From Flavobacteriaceae bacterium (lineage in GTDB: Bacteria; Bacteroidota; Bacteroidia; Flavobacteriales; Flavobacteriaceae): a stretch of 57,879 nucleotides of DNA. The notes under the pieces were generated by a model that saw only the letters and a program-made list of their open reading frames with translations, made no database searches and was not told the DNA's origin. A program made the translations under genes and the position numbers. Location: contig JAURMQ010000091.1 in NCBI GenBank assembly GCA_030830625.1, forward strand, positions 1 through 57,879, written 5' to 3'. Positions 1-10,412 of this stretch are shown here, one piece after another. Positions within the stretch are counted from its first letter, which is position 1. The number at the start of each line of letters is the position of its first letter.

Positions 1-419
1 TAAAAAAGTTTGCTTGGAAACCTATCTTGGACACCGTCAATGAAAGAGAGACTTCTATAAAAGAGGCCATCAATGCGGCTGAGGAAGCCAAAAAAGAAAT
101 GGCTTCCATACAAGAAGACAACCAAAAAATTTTGAAAGAAGCCCGAGCAGAACGCGAAGCCCTTTTGAAAGAAGCCCGTTCAGCTGGAGCCGATATTGTT
201 GCCCAAGCCAAAGCAGAGGCCAAGTCTGAAGCAGACAAAATCATTGCTTTAGCTCAAGAATCCATTCAAAATGAAAAACGTGCCGCTCTCAATGAGCTCA
301 AAAATCAGGTGGCACAAATTTCTTTGGATATAGCCGAGAAGGTAATTGATACAGAATTGGCCAGTAAGGACAAACAAGCCCAACTGGTGGAGAAACTCAT
401 CAAAGACGCTTCTTTATAA
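1..419 (+). CDS. atpF: F0F1 ATP synthase subunit b, 5'-truncated by window edge
   Basis: The frame is open from nt 3 (KKFAWKPILDTVNERE...). Long charged coiled-coil sequence (AEREALLKEARSAGADIVAQAKAEAK). It sits directly upstream of atpH-atpA-atpG. Confidence 0.85.
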   Translation, partial: KKFAWKPILDTVNERETSIKEAINAAEEAKKEMASIQEDNQKILKEARAEREALLKEARSAGADIVAQAKAEAKSEADKIIALAQESIQNEKRAALNELKNQVAQISLDIAEKVIDTELASKDKQAQLVEKLIKDASL

Positions 420-428
420 AATTACACT

Positions 429-965
429 ATGAAAACAGGAAGAGCCTCTATCAGATACGCAAAAGCCCTTTTGGAATTCGCCATCGACAACCAAAAGGAA
501 AATATGCTCGTTGAAGAAATGCAGAACGTCCTATCGATCATGGTCAACCATCCTGATCTGGATGAAGCGTTGAACAGTCCTGTTTTACCCAGCTCTATCA
601 AGAAAAAGATCGTCGCGGGAATTTTCCCCAACGCATCAGAGATGCTCAACAAGCTTTTGGATTTGCTTTCCAAAAACAGAAGGGAAGGCATCCTGGGAGG
701 TGTAGCACACCACTATATAGAGCTGTTCGACAAACACCAAGGGAAAGTAGTCGCTACTGTTACTACTGCGGTTCCCCTTACTCCAGCTTTGGAAAAAGAA
801 ATGCTCCATAAAGCAGCGTCCTTGACTCCTTTAAAAGTAGAATTAAAAAATACAGTTGATCCTTCCCTAAAAGGAGGATTCATCCTCAGAGTAGGAGATT
901 TACAATACAACGCAAGTATTGCAGATCGACTGGAGGCCTTGAGAAGAGAAATGATTACATCCTAA
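429..965 (+). CDS. atpH: F0F1 ATP synthase subunit delta (OSCP)
   Basis: 178 aa. The N-terminus ASIRYAKALLEFA and C-terminus GGFILRVGDLQYNASI are typical of delta/OSCP. Positioned between atpF and atpA. Confidence 0.9.
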   Translation: MKTGRASIRYAKALLEFAIDNQKENMLVEEMQNVLSIMVNHPDLDEALNSPVLPSSIKKKIVAGIFPNASEMLNKLLDLLSKNRREGILGGVAHHYIELFDKHQGKVVATVTTAVPLTPALEKEMLHKAASLTPLKVELKNTVDPSLKGGFILRVGDLQYNASIADRLEALRREMITS

Positions 966-983
966 TTCAGAAAAAAAGAAAAT

Positions 984-2561
984 ATGGCAGATGTAAAGCC
1001 CGCTGAAGTTTCAGCAATACTAAAAAATCAATTGGCAGGTTTTGAAGCCACCGCTTCTTTAGACGAAGTGGGTACGGTACTCCAAGTAGGAGATGGAATT
1101 GCCAGAGTTTACGGTCTTACCCATGCTGAGTACGGCGAATTGGTAACCTTCGAAAATGGAATAGACGGAATGGTCTTGAACCTTGAAGAAGACAATGTTG
1201 GGGTGGTATTATTAGGACCCTCCAAAGAAATTAAAGAAGGAGACACCGTCAAGCGAACCAAGAAAATTGCTTCCATCAATGTAGGAGAAGGCATTGTAGG
1301 TCGAGTGGTGGATACACTCGGTATTCCCATCGATGGAAAAGGACCTATTGAAGGGGATACTTTTCAAATGCCTTTGGAGCGAAAGGCCCCGGGAGTTATT
1401 TTCAGACAACCCGTAAATGAACCCTTACAAACGGGAATCAAGTCCATCGACGCCATGATTCCTGTGGGAAGAGGACAAAGAGAATTGGTGATTGGTGACC
1501 GTCAAACCGGGAAGACTACCGTTTGTATCGATACCATTCTCAATCAAAAAGAATTTTACGATGCAGGAGAAACGGTATTCTGTATCTATGTGGCCATAGG
1601 ACAAAAAGCTTCTACAGTAGCTGGAATTGCAAAAATTTTGGAAGACAAAGGTGCGTTGGCCTATACAACTATTGTAGCTGCCAATGCCTCCGACCCTGCT
1701 CCTATGCAGGTGTATGCCCCTTTTGCTGGAGCGGCTATTGGAGAGTATTTTAGAGATACAGGTCGTCCCGCTTTGATCATCTATGATGATTTGTCCAAAC
1801 AAGCGGTTGCTTATCGTGAAGTTTCCCTTCTTCTTCGTCGTCCTCCAGGACGTGAAGCCTATCCTGGGGATGTATTCTACCTTCACTCCAGACTCCTCGA
1901 GCGTGCAGCCAAAGTAATTGCCAATGACGATATTGCAAAGGGAATGAACGACCTTCCGGAGTCGCTTAAAGACAAAGTAAAAGGAGGAGGTTCTCTTACG
2001 GCTTTACCCATTATAGAAACCCAAGCAGGCGACGTTTCGGCCTATATTCCTACCAACGTAATTTCCATTACCGATGGTCAGATATTTTTAGAATCCGATC
2101 TGTTCAACTCGGGGGTACGTCCTGCGATCAATGTAGGAATCTCTGTATCAAGGGTTGGGGGATCTGCACAGATCAAGTCCATGAAAAAAGTAGCGGGAAC
2201 CTTGAAATTAGATCAAGCGCAGTTCCGTGAATTGGAAGCCTTTGCAAAATTTGGTTCCGACCTCGATGCCGCCACACGCAATGTCATCGAAAAGGGACGT
2301 CGAAATGTTGAAATTTTAAAGCAGGCACAAAACGATCCCTTTACCGTTGAGGAACAAGTGGCAATTATTTACGCAGGATCCAAAAACTTATTGAGAAAAG
2401 TTCCGGTCGAAAAGGTCAAAGAATTTGAAACCGCCTTTTTGTCCACCCTCAAAAAGCAACATAAAAATGTATTGGCTGAGCTTAAAGCAGGTAAGTTGAC
2501 CGACAACATACTCGACACTTTAAATACTGTAGCCGAAGAAACCTCCAAAGCATTTGAGTAG
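984..2561 (+). CDS. atpA: F0F1 ATP synthase subunit alpha
   Basis: 525 aa. Walker A GDRQTGKT, plus the conserved blocks [45 protein letters not shown]. Confidence 0.97.
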   Translation: MADVKPAEVSAILKNQLAGFEATASLDEVGTVLQVGDGIARVYGLTHAEYGELVTFENGIDGMVLNLEEDNVGVVLLGPSKEIKEGDTVKRTKKIASINVGEGIVGRVVDTLGIPIDGKGPIEGDTFQMPLERKAPGVIFRQPVNEPLQTGIKSIDAMIPVGRGQRELVIGDRQTGKTTVCIDTILNQKEFYDAGETVFCIYVAIGQKASTVAGIAKILEDKGALAYTTIVAANASDPAPMQVYAPFAGAAIGEYFRDTGRPALIIYDDLSKQAVAYREVSLLLRRPPGREAYPGDVFYLHSRLLERAAKVIANDDIAKGMNDLPESLKDKVKGGGSLTALPIIETQAGDVSAYIPTNVISITDGQIFLESDLFNSGVRPAINVGISVSRVGGSAQIKSMKKVAGTLKLDQAQFRELEAFAKFGSDLDAATRNVIEKGRRNVEILKQAQNDPFTVEEQVAIIYAGSKNLLRKVPVEKVKEFETAFLSTLKKQHKNVLAELKAGKLTDNILDTLNTVAEETSKAFE

Positions 2562-3425
2562 ATGGCCAATCTAAAAGAAATACGGAATCGTATTGTCTCG
2601 GTCTCTTCGACCATGCAAATCACCAGTGCTATGAAAATGGTATCGGCAGCTAAGTTGAAAAAAGCCCAAGATGCTATTACAGCCATGCGACCGTATGCTA
2701 ATAAGCTGACGGAGCTCATTCAAAACCTCAGCGGAAGCCTTGATGGAGAGGGGCAAAATCCATATACTGCACAACGTACGGAGGAAAAAATACTCATCAT
2801 TGCCATTACCTCCAACCGAGGACTGTGTGGGGCTTTCAATACCAACGTCATCAAAGAGACCCTCAGGTTGGCTAAGGAAGATTATGCCCACAAAACAGTT
2901 GAGGTTATGGGAATTGGAAAAAAAGGAGGAGACATTCTTTCTAAAACCTTGCCCATTAAAAGCCGTCACGATGCCATTTTCGAAGACCTCAATTTTGGCA
3001 ATACTGCAGAGATTGCCCTTCAAGCCATGCAGGCTTTTGCCGAAGGACAATACGACAAGGTTTTGGTCGTGTACAATCAATTCAAAAATGCGGCTACGCA
3101 AATTGTTACCACAGAGCAATTTCTCCCCATTGTTGCTCATGCAAACAGTACCCAGAAAGCCGCAGCAGATTACATCTACGAACCCGGTCAAGCGGCCATT
3201 GTGGACGAATTGCTGCCAAAATCCTTGAAAACACAGCTCTATAAAGCCATTAGAGATTCATTTGCCAGCGAACACGGTGCCCGTATGACCGCCATGCACA
3301 AAGCAACCGACAATGCCACCGATCTCAGAGATCAGCTCAAGCTCACCTACAACAAGGCGCGACAAGCAGCCATTACCAACGAGATTCTCGAAATCGTGGG
3401 TGGAGCTGAGGCATTGAACAATTAA
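2562..3425 (+). CDS. atpG: F0F1 ATP synthase subunit gamma
   Basis: 287 aa. N-terminus MANLKEIRNRIVSVSSTMQITSAMKMVSAAKL and C-terminus ARQAAITNEILEIVGGAEAL. The ATG directly follows the atpA stop. Confidence 0.95.
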   Translation: MANLKEIRNRIVSVSSTMQITSAMKMVSAAKLKKAQDAITAMRPYANKLTELIQNLSGSLDGEGQNPYTAQRTEEKILIIAITSNRGLCGAFNTNVIKETLRLAKEDYAHKTVEVMGIGKKGGDILSKTLPIKSRHDAIFEDLNFGNTAEIALQAMQAFAEGQYDKVLVVYNQFKNAATQIVTTEQFLPIVAHANSTQKAAADYIYEPGQAAIVDELLPKSLKTQLYKAIRDSFASEHGARMTAMHKATDNATDLRDQLKLTYNKARQAAITNEILEIVGGAEALNN

Positions 3426-3516
3426 TTCTCATTGAGGCTTGGGGGTGGAATTTGTTTACAACTGACCCTTCATTTTTTTCAATTCCTTTAATTCAATTTT
3501 GTAATTTCAAACGGGT

Positions 3517-4611
3517 ATGAAAAAGTATAGAGCCTTTTATAATCGTCACTTGATTGGGATAAGCTGTTTGCTTAGCTTTTTTTTTGGGGGAGCGCAGCAA
3601 CTTGAATTCACAGATCTTTTTCCCAAAAAAGAAGACATTGCTTGCTATAGAATTCCTTCTATAGTAACTGCCCCTAATGGTGATTTGATTGTTGCCATAG
3701 ACGAAAGAATCCCCTCTTGTGCCGACCTCAGAGACAACAAAAACATCAACATCGTTATCAGGAAAAGTGTCGATAATGGTCAAACTTGGACGCCGATCGA
3801 AAGGCTAGTAGACTATCCTCTGGGACAATCCGCTTCCGATCCTTCCATGATTGTTGACCGAATCACCAACACCATTTTTATGTTTTTCAATTATATGGAC
3901 CTCGATCGTGACCCACAGGTTTACAGTCTGAAATACGTTAAAAGTGTGGACAACGGAAAAAGCTGGTCGAATCCAGTTGACATTAGTGCCCAAATTTCAA
4001 AACCCGAATGGCATAAAGACTTTAAATTCATCACTTACGGAAGGGGCATTCAAACCCGCAAGGGAACCCTTCTCCATACCTTGGTCAACCTCAATCGTGG
4101 GCTCCATGTATTCAGAAGTGACGATCACGGCAAGAGTTGGAACCTCATCGACACCCCTCTTATTCCTGCAGACGAATCCAAGATCGTTGAACTTAGCGAT
4201 GGAAGTTGGATGGTAAATAGCAGGCTCAACCAGAAAGGATATCGGCAAATTTTTATTTCCAAAGACGAAGGAAATACATGGACTTCCCAACCCGACCTTG
4301 AGCTGGTTGATCCTGGTTGTAACGCTGGAATCATACGCTGGATCGATCATCCGTCTTTATCCCAAAAAGGAATATTATTATTTGTCAATGCCAACCACAC
4401 CACCCAAAGAAAAAACCTTACCCTCAAAATCAGTATGGACAATGGAAAAACTTGGGCAGCAGAAAAAACCGTATACACCGGTGCGGCCGCCTATGCTGCC
4501 ATATGCCTTTTAGACAATGCCGACCTTGGAATTGTTTTCGAAAAAGACGAATATTCCCAAAACACCTTCGTGCGCATTTCTAAGAAAGAAATCCTATCCC
4601 TAATGGACTGA
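3517..4611 (+). CDS. exo-alpha-sialidase (GH33, BNR/Asp-box)
   Basis: 364 aa with a signal-like N-terminus. RIP motif as YRIPSI. Five Asp boxes: SVDNGQTW, SVDNGKSW, SDDHGKSW, SKDEGNTW, SMDNGKTW. Confidence 0.85.
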   Translation: MKKYRAFYNRHLIGISCLLSFFFGGAQQLEFTDLFPKKEDIACYRIPSIVTAPNGDLIVAIDERIPSCADLRDNKNINIVIRKSVDNGQTWTPIERLVDYPLGQSASDPSMIVDRITNTIFMFFNYMDLDRDPQVYSLKYVKSVDNGKSWSNPVDISAQISKPEWHKDFKFITYGRGIQTRKGTLLHTLVNLNRGLHVFRSDDHGKSWNLIDTPLIPADESKIVELSDGSWMVNSRLNQKGYRQIFISKDEGNTWTSQPDLELVDPGCNAGIIRWIDHPSLSQKGILLFVNANHTTQRKNLTLKISMDNGKTWAAEKTVYTGAAAYAAICLLDNADLGIVFEKDEYSQNTFVRISKKEILSLMD

Positions 4612-4735
4612 TTTTTCTCTTCTATTGCCCATTCCATAAAGACAGAGGAGAAAAGAATGGAATAAAAATGAGTAACTACAAAAAGACAAGTCAAGGTTTC
4701 AAAGTGCTTTTCGTATTTTTGAGTAAATTAGAATA

Positions 4736-5173
4736 ATGATAGAGATTCCAGTAGTTTTTTCCGGCCAAGGCGATTTGCCGCAATATGCCACCCCGCTCGC
4801 TGCCGGGATAGATTTACGGGCCAATATTGAAGAGCCGATTACCCTAAATTCCTTAGAGCGAAAAATCATCTCTACAGGTTTGTCCATTGCCTTACCCGAA
4901 GGCTATGAGGCGCAAGTACGACCACGAAGTGGGCTGGCAGCCAAACATGGCGTTACCGTACTCAATGCTCCAGGGACTATAGATGCGGATTATCGAGGCG
5001 ACATTGGCGTTATATTGGTCAACCTCTCTAAAGAACCCTACATTGTCAATCCACAGGAACGGATTGCACAGCTGGTTGTGGCCCCATATAGCACGGTGAA
5101 GTGGCAGTCCGTAAACAGCCTTCCCGAAACCGAAAGAGGCCAAGGAGGATTTGGCAGTACAGGAAAAAAATGA
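4736..5173 (+). CDS. dut: dUTP diphosphatase
   Basis: 145 aa. Motifs AAGIDLRA, RSGLAAKHGV, GTIDADYRGDIGVILVN and C-terminal RGQGGFGSTG. Confidence 0.93.
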   Translation: MIEIPVVFSGQGDLPQYATPLAAGIDLRANIEEPITLNSLERKIISTGLSIALPEGYEAQVRPRSGLAAKHGVTVLNAPGTIDADYRGDIGVILVNLSKEPYIVNPQERIAQLVVAPYSTVKWQSVNSLPETERGQGGFGSTGKK

Positions 5174-5209
5174 ACCGAAGTTTTTGTTTAAACTAATATA
5201 TATAAAAAA

Positions 5210-6226
5210 TTGAAAATCATTGTCCCCATGGCTGGTAGAGGTTCAAGATTAAGGCCCCACAGTCTCACCGTACCCAAGCCGATGCTGCCCGTTGCAGGAG
5301 CCCCTATAGTGGCTCAACTGGTCAATGAAATCGCAAAGGTAGTAGATCAACCCATAGAGGAGGTCGCCTTTATATTGGGTGATCCTGCCTTTTTTGGCCC
5401 TTCCATTGAGGAAGAATTGATACATGTAGCCCACGCCTTAGGAGCCAAAGCTTCCATTTACCGTCAATTGGAACCCTTGGGTACAGGGCATGCTGTCATG
5501 TGTGCAGCCGACTCATTGTCCGGCCCCATTATCGTGGCCTATGCCGATACCCTCATCCGCACCGACCTTTCACTCGATCCTTCGGTGGATGGGATGATTT
5601 GGGTGAAAAAAGTGGAGAATCCTAAAGCCTATGGAGTGGTTAAGATGAATGATAAAAATCAGATTACAGCATTGGTCGAAAAGCCGCAGGAATTCATTTC
5701 AGATTGGGCTGTGATAGGCATTTATTATTTCAAAGAGGGAGCGGCCATCAAAGCTGAATTGGCAAAGAGTATGGCTCAAGCGCGCAAAAAGGGGGAAGAA
5801 TTTTTACTCAACGAAGGGATCCTATCCATGATGAATAAAGGAGCTGTTTTTACCCCAGGAGCCGTCAACGAATGGATGGACTGTGGCCAACCCAAAATCA
5901 CCCTCCAAACCAATGCCAAAATGCTGGATATTCTCACGGCAGAAGGCCAAAAATTGGTAGCCGAGGATGTCATTTTAGAAAACAGTCAAATCATACCCCC
6001 TTGTTATATTGGACCTGGAGTGGTTTTAAAAAACACTACAGTGGGACCTCATACTGCTGTGGGTGAAGGAACTCAAATCGAAAACTCCACCATCAGCAAC
6101 AGTTTGGTTCAAAAATATTCTGTCATTCAAAATGCCCAGTTCAAAGAAGCCATGATCGGCAATCATGTTAGATTCAATGGAAACTTTAACTTTGTTTCTA
6201 TTGGCGATTTTTCAGAATTATCTTAG
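5210..6226 (+). CDS. sugar-phosphate nucleotidyltransferase with C-terminal left-handed beta-helix
   Basis: 338 aa. N-terminus KIIVPMAGRGSRLRP (NTP-transferase G-rich loop), with a hexapeptide-like C-terminus. TTG start at 5210; an alternative ATG lies at 5228. Confidence 0.8.
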   Translation: MKIIVPMAGRGSRLRPHSLTVPKPMLPVAGAPIVAQLVNEIAKVVDQPIEEVAFILGDPAFFGPSIEEELIHVAHALGAKASIYRQLEPLGTGHAVMCAADSLSGPIIVAYADTLIRTDLSLDPSVDGMIWVKKVENPKAYGVVKMNDKNQITALVEKPQEFISDWAVIGIYYFKEGAAIKAELAKSMAQARKKGEEFLLNEGILSMMNKGAVFTPGAVNEWMDCGQPKITLQTNAKMLDILTAEGQKLVAEDVILENSQIIPPCYIGPGVVLKNTTVGPHTAVGEGTQIENSTISNSLVQKYSVIQNAQFKEAMIGNHVRFNGNFNFVSIGDFSELS

Positions 6227-6228
6227 GC

Positions 6229-7020
6229 ATGAGATTCGACCCTAATTCATTTCGACGCATAAAACTGATAGGGGTATCAGCGATCCTGCTGTTTGCGTCT
6301 TGTAAATCTCCAGCATTGCCCCCCGCCAAGACCCCTATAAAAAAAATTGAAACCAAAGAATTGTCCAAATCCATCACCAAAAATCAACTGGTCTACAAAA
6401 AATTCCGTTCCCGCGTTAAAGCCTCCTACGACAATGGCAAGCGCACACAACAGATCATTGTCAACCTGAGGATCGAAAAATCCAAAGCGATTTGGATGAG
6501 TGCCAATATGATCGTTCCTATTGCCAAACTTCTGATCACTCCCGATAAGGTCTCTTTTTACGAAAAATTTCAAAAAACTTTTTTTGAGGGAGATGTATCA
6601 TTTATCAATCGACAATTCAATACCAGTTTTGAGTTTGAAGACATTCAAAACCTTTTGATGGGACTTCCTTTGGCCGATATCAATAGGGGAAGGTGGGAAA
6701 CCATCTCCCATCCTAAGTATTACGTTTTAACCCCCCAATCCAATAAAATACGCTTCCGGCCCACTTTCTTTTTTGATCCCAATAGCTTTCTTTTATTGGA
6801 GCAGCGTTTTATGGTTCCAGGCACCCAACAATCCCTAACGATAAGGTATTCCAACCATCAAAAATTGGAAGGCGAATTTGTCCCTGGGGAAGTTCAAATT
6901 TCTCTCTTCGACGGTTCCGATTTGACCCGAATCATATTGGAATACACCCGCGTGGAATTCCCCGACCGCATCAGCATCCCTTTTGACATTCCTGTAGACT
7001 ACCAACCCATAGAAATGTAA
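6229..7020 (+). CDS. DUF4292-like (LolB-like) lipoprotein
   Basis: 263 aa. Lipobox LLFASC. Its size and its position upstream of an M23 peptidase gene match the usual Bacteroidota arrangement. The family assignment is from memory. Confidence 0.5.
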   Translation: MRFDPNSFRRIKLIGVSAILLFASCKSPALPPAKTPIKKIETKELSKSITKNQLVYKKFRSRVKASYDNGKRTQQIIVNLRIEKSKAIWMSANMIVPIAKLLITPDKVSFYEKFQKTFFEGDVSFINRQFNTSFEFEDIQNLLMGLPLADINRGRWETISHPKYYVLTPQSNKIRFRPTFFFDPNSFLLLEQRFMVPGTQQSLTIRYSNHQKLEGEFVPGEVQISLFDGSDLTRIILEYTRVEFPDRISIPFDIPVDYQPIEM

Positions 7021-8240
7021 TGCATCGACTCAGACCGCTTTGTGTGATTTTTTTTCTCTTCTTCTTCTCCCTGGGCATGGCACAGTCCAATGCTACCCGT
7101 CAAAAGACATTAGAAAACCAAAAAAAAAGACTTCAGGCCGAGATCAAACAAATCAATAGCCTGCTCTTTAATAATACCAAAAAGGAAAAATCCGTACTTT
7201 CTCAAGTGGAGGACCTTAACGTTAAAATAAACGTGAGAAGTGACTTAGTGAATGTCAATAACCAACAAGCCAACCTGCTCACCCGCCAAATCAATATCAA
7301 TCAGAGGAACATCTCCAACTTGAGAAACGAATTGGAAGCCTTAAAGAAAGATTATGCCGATATGATCCGAAAATCCTATAAAAGCAAGTCTTCCCAAAAT
7401 CGATTGATGTTTCTATTTTCTTCCGATGACTTTTTACAGGCCTATAAGCGTGTGCAGTACATGAAACAGTACGCCAGTTTTAGAAAAAAACAAGGCGAAG
7501 AAATTGCGGTAAAAACCCAAACCTTACAATCCTTGAACAAGAGTCTTTTGGAGCAAAAAGTTCAAAAAGAAGCACTTGTCAATGAAAATCGAAAGGCACA
7601 ACAGCTGTTGGAGCAAGAGCGAAAGTCGCAGGAAAAACTGATAAAAAGTTTAAAAAGTAAATCCCGTTCTTTGGCCAGTGAAATCAAACAAAAGCAACGC
7701 AAAACGGAAGCAATCGATGGCGAAATTGAACGCTTGATTCGGGAGGCCATAGCGGCTTCCAACAAAGCGGCCGGTAAAAAACCTCAAAATGCATTTGCCC
7801 TCACGCCCGAGGCCAAGCGATTGGCGGCAAATTTTGTGGCCAACAAAGGCCAACTGCCTTGGCCCGTTGAAAAAGGAATTGTGATTCAGCGTTTCGGGAC
7901 CCAACCCCATCCCGTCGTCAAAACGACCATGATCAAAAGTAATGGGGTAACCATAGCGACCACCCCAAATGCCCTGGCCCGAGCAGTTTTTGAAGGGGAA
8001 GTCATGACCGTATTGAGCTTTAAAGGCAGTAATCCCACCATTTTGGTCAAGCATGGTAATTTCATCACCACTTACAAAAACATGGGTAAAGTTTATGTCA
8101 AAAAAGGGGATAAAGTTAAGGCAAAGCAACCCATAGGGGAAATTTTTACCCATCCCCAAACAGGGAAAACCACCTTACAATTCAGTGTATTCAATGAATT
8201 GAAGCCTCAAAATCCCAAAAGTTGGATTTATAAAATGTAA
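7020..8240 (+). CDS. M23 family murein DD-endopeptidase / EnvC-like, with N-terminal coiled coil
   Basis: 406 aa. Signal peptide, long Q/K/E-rich coiled coil, and a C-terminal LytM-type beta domain (GVTIATTPNALARAVFEGEV...ILVKHGNFITTY). Overlaps the upstream stop by 1 nt. Confidence 0.8.
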   Translation: MHRLRPLCVIFFLFFFSLGMAQSNATRQKTLENQKKRLQAEIKQINSLLFNNTKKEKSVLSQVEDLNVKINVRSDLVNVNNQQANLLTRQININQRNISNLRNELEALKKDYADMIRKSYKSKSSQNRLMFLFSSDDFLQAYKRVQYMKQYASFRKKQGEEIAVKTQTLQSLNKSLLEQKVQKEALVNENRKAQQLLEQERKSQEKLIKSLKSKSRSLASEIKQKQRKTEAIDGEIERLIREAIAASNKAAGKKPQNAFALTPEAKRLAANFVANKGQLPWPVEKGIVIQRFGTQPHPVVKTTMIKSNGVTIATTPNALARAVFEGEVMTVLSFKGSNPTILVKHGNFITTYKNMGKVYVKKGDKVKAKQPIGEIFTHPQTGKTTLQFSVFNELKPQNPKSWIYKM

Positions 8241-8241
8241 A

Positions 8242-9231
8242 CTATTTTTCTTCGAGATACCATACCTCTTCTTGGAGGGCATAGCGGATATAGTTGTGCA
8301 AATTCAAGGCCTCTCTCTTGGAAGTAAAACGACCATAGGCAACCCGATTGAGCCCGTCGGGGTTAACCTCAGTAAAAGCGGCATCAAAACCTTCTGCTTT
8401 TAATTGGGCCAATTTTCTTTCGGCATTAACCAGTGATCGAAAAGATCCAGCAATTACACTATAAAAGGGCTGTGCCAATGGGGCGGATGTCTTCTCTACT
8501 GGTGTAGCTTCCAAATCCAAATGGACTTCGGCCAAGGCTCCCAAATCGAAAGTGGCTTTCTGAACATTACTTTTGATTTTATTTTGCGCCATTTCTGTAG
8601 CCTTTGCTTTTTCGTTGGTCAAGTACTGATCACCAAAATAGTAAGAAATTCCAACGAGAGCAATTCCAATGATTCCAATGACAGCATAACGCAAAATGGG
8701 AGAACGTTCGTTTTCGGTTTTTGATGGGGTAAACATCAAGTCTTCTTTGTTTTGATTTTCCATGATGGGTAGGGGTTGAGTTTGAGGTTCTTCTTTTTTG
8801 AAGGTTGGGACAAGGATTGTTTTTCTTATAAAATCACCCAATCCAAAGGAGTTCAGATCAAAATTAATGACTCCATAGGGTGAAAAACTGATTTTTTTCT
8901 CCGGATTGAGGCGCATTTCTCCTATTCCTGCAAAAGTTAAATGTTGCGTATTCAATCGTTGTTTCCATACCACTACCTCTTTTTCAATTTTTCTCAAGGC
9001 TTGTTCGTAGGAAACATGTTCTTTTTGGGCCATGTAATGCGCCAATATACCATCGTTGCTTTTCAAAAGACGGTTGAAGCTGACTTCTTTCCGGGGGGGA
9101 CTGAAAACCCCTGTCTCCGAATGAATCATTACATTGACCGTACGGGTCAGAAAAGCACCAAAGTTAGGCACCGTAACACATTCGTGTAGGTACAACAACT
9201 CTTTAATATATTGTTGTATTTGCATCTTCAA
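8242..9231 (-). CDS. HU-like domain / SPOR domain protein
   Basis: 329 aa. The N-terminus IQQYIKELLYLHECVTVPNFGAF is HU/CCDC81-like. There is one central TM segment. The C-terminal SPOR-like region is YSVIAGSFRSLVNAERKLAQLKAEGFDAAF...YGRF. Confidence 0.7.
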   Translation of the reverse strand: MKMQIQQYIKELLYLHECVTVPNFGAFLTRTVNVMIHSETGVFSPPRKEVSFNRLLKSNDGILAHYMAQKEHVSYEQALRKIEKEVVVWKQRLNTQHLTFAGIGEMRLNPEKKISFSPYGVINFDLNSFGLGDFIRKTILVPTFKKEEPQTQPLPIMENQNKEDLMFTPSKTENERSPILRYAVIGIIGIALVGISYYFGDQYLTNEKAKATEMAQNKIKSNVQKATFDLGALAEVHLDLEATPVEKTSAPLAQPFYSVIAGSFRSLVNAERKLAQLKAEGFDAAFTEVNPDGLNRVAYGRFTSKREALNLHNYIRYALQEEVWYLEEK

Positions 9232-9314
9232 ATATAATAATAATTCTCTCCTTTATAAAGCATGAATTTTTATGTCAGTATATTTATGCTGCTCTAAATG
9301 TTATCTTTTAACCC

Positions 9315-10412
9315 ATGAACCGCCTACAAGCTTGTCTTTTTTTGCGAATGATCCCGGGATTGGGCCATATTAGCGCCAAAAAACTATGGGAATACAGCAG
9401 CAGTCCGCAAGCCATATTCGATCGGTCTCCAGAGGATTTCCTCAACATTGAGGGGATCGGTATAGCTTTAATACGGCAACTCAAAAACTGGAAAAAATAT
9501 GCCGAAACGGTTTACAAAGAGGAAGAAAACCTTGCCAAAAATCAGATCAAAACCTTATTTTTAGGAGATGCCGATTATCCCAAAACATTGGCCTTTTGTC
9601 CAGACGCTCCCTTGGTTTTATTTTATAAAGGAAACATCAACTTTGGACCACGCAAACTCATCAGTATTGTAGGCACCCGTTCCTGTGATTCCCAAGGGGA
9701 GAAATTGTGTCGAGATTTGATCGCTGGACTGCAAGGACATAGTCCCATCATCGTATCTGGCTTTGCTCGAGGGATAGACATCATTGCCCACGATCAAGCG
9801 CTTAAGTCCAACTTGAGTACCCTCGCTTGCATGGCCCACGGCTTAAATCAAATTTATCCCCCAGAGCACAGTTCTTATGTAAATAGAATAAAGGAAACGG
9901 GTGGTTTTGTTTCCGAATTTACGACAGGGGAGAAATTCGATCGCAAACACTTTCTCATTCGCAACCGCATCATAGCTGGCATGGCCCACGCTACTGTTGT
10001 CATTCAATCCAAGATCAGAGGGGGCAGTATGATTACGGCCCATTTTGCCCACCAATACAATCGAGAGCTTTTTGCTTTTCCGGGCGACGTGGGCAAGTCC
10101 CTCCACCGAGGGTGTCACCATTTGATTCAGACCCAAAAAGCACAACTGATCACGAAAGCAGAAGACCTCATCAAGGGGATGGGTTGGACTCCCGAACCCC
10201 TTAGCTCGGGTGTCCAAAAAAAACTATTCGTTGAACTGTCCGAAGACGAAAAAGCCATTTTCGATTGTCTTAAGTCGGTTCCTCAAGAAAGCTTGGACAA
10301 CCTCGCCATTGCCACCCAATTTTCTGTCAGCAAAACCGCTACGCTATTGCTAAAATTGGAGATGAAAGGTTGTATAAAGCCCTTGCCCGGTAAGTTTTTT
10401 GAATGGATTTAA
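9315..10412 (+). CDS. dprA: DNA-processing protein DprA
   Basis: 365 aa. Rossmann-like core IVGTRSCDSQGEKLCRDL...SGFARGIDIIAHDQAL...GGSMITA. Confidence 0.88.
   Translation: MNRLQACLFLRMIPGLGHISAKKLWEYSSSPQAIFDRSPEDFLNIEGIGIALIRQLKNWKKYAETVYKEEENLAKNQIKTLFLGDADYPKTLAFCPDAPLVLFYKGNINFGPRKLISIVGTRSCDSQGEKLCRDLIAGLQGHSPIIVSGFARGIDIIAHDQALKSNLSTLACMAHGLNQIYPPEHSSYVNRIKETGGFVSEFTTGEKFDRKHFLIRNRIIAGMAHATVVIQSKIRGGSMITAHFAHQYNRELFAFPGDVGKSLHRGCHHLIQTQKAQLITKAEDLIKGMGWTPEPLSSGVQKKLFVELSEDEKAIFDCLKSVPQESLDNLAIATQFSVSKTATLLLKLEMKGCIKPLPGKFFEWI

Noticed and set aside
1109-3191. Multiple long antisense or alternative-frame ORFs inside atpA and atpG (e.g. 1425-1886 minus, 2571-3191 minus, 2740-3228 plus). 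The same kind of ORFs occur inside trpS, recA, pabB, PBP1A, GH78 and the symporter.
   Set aside because: They are classic shadow ORFs within strongly conserved genes, and none shows independent motifs.
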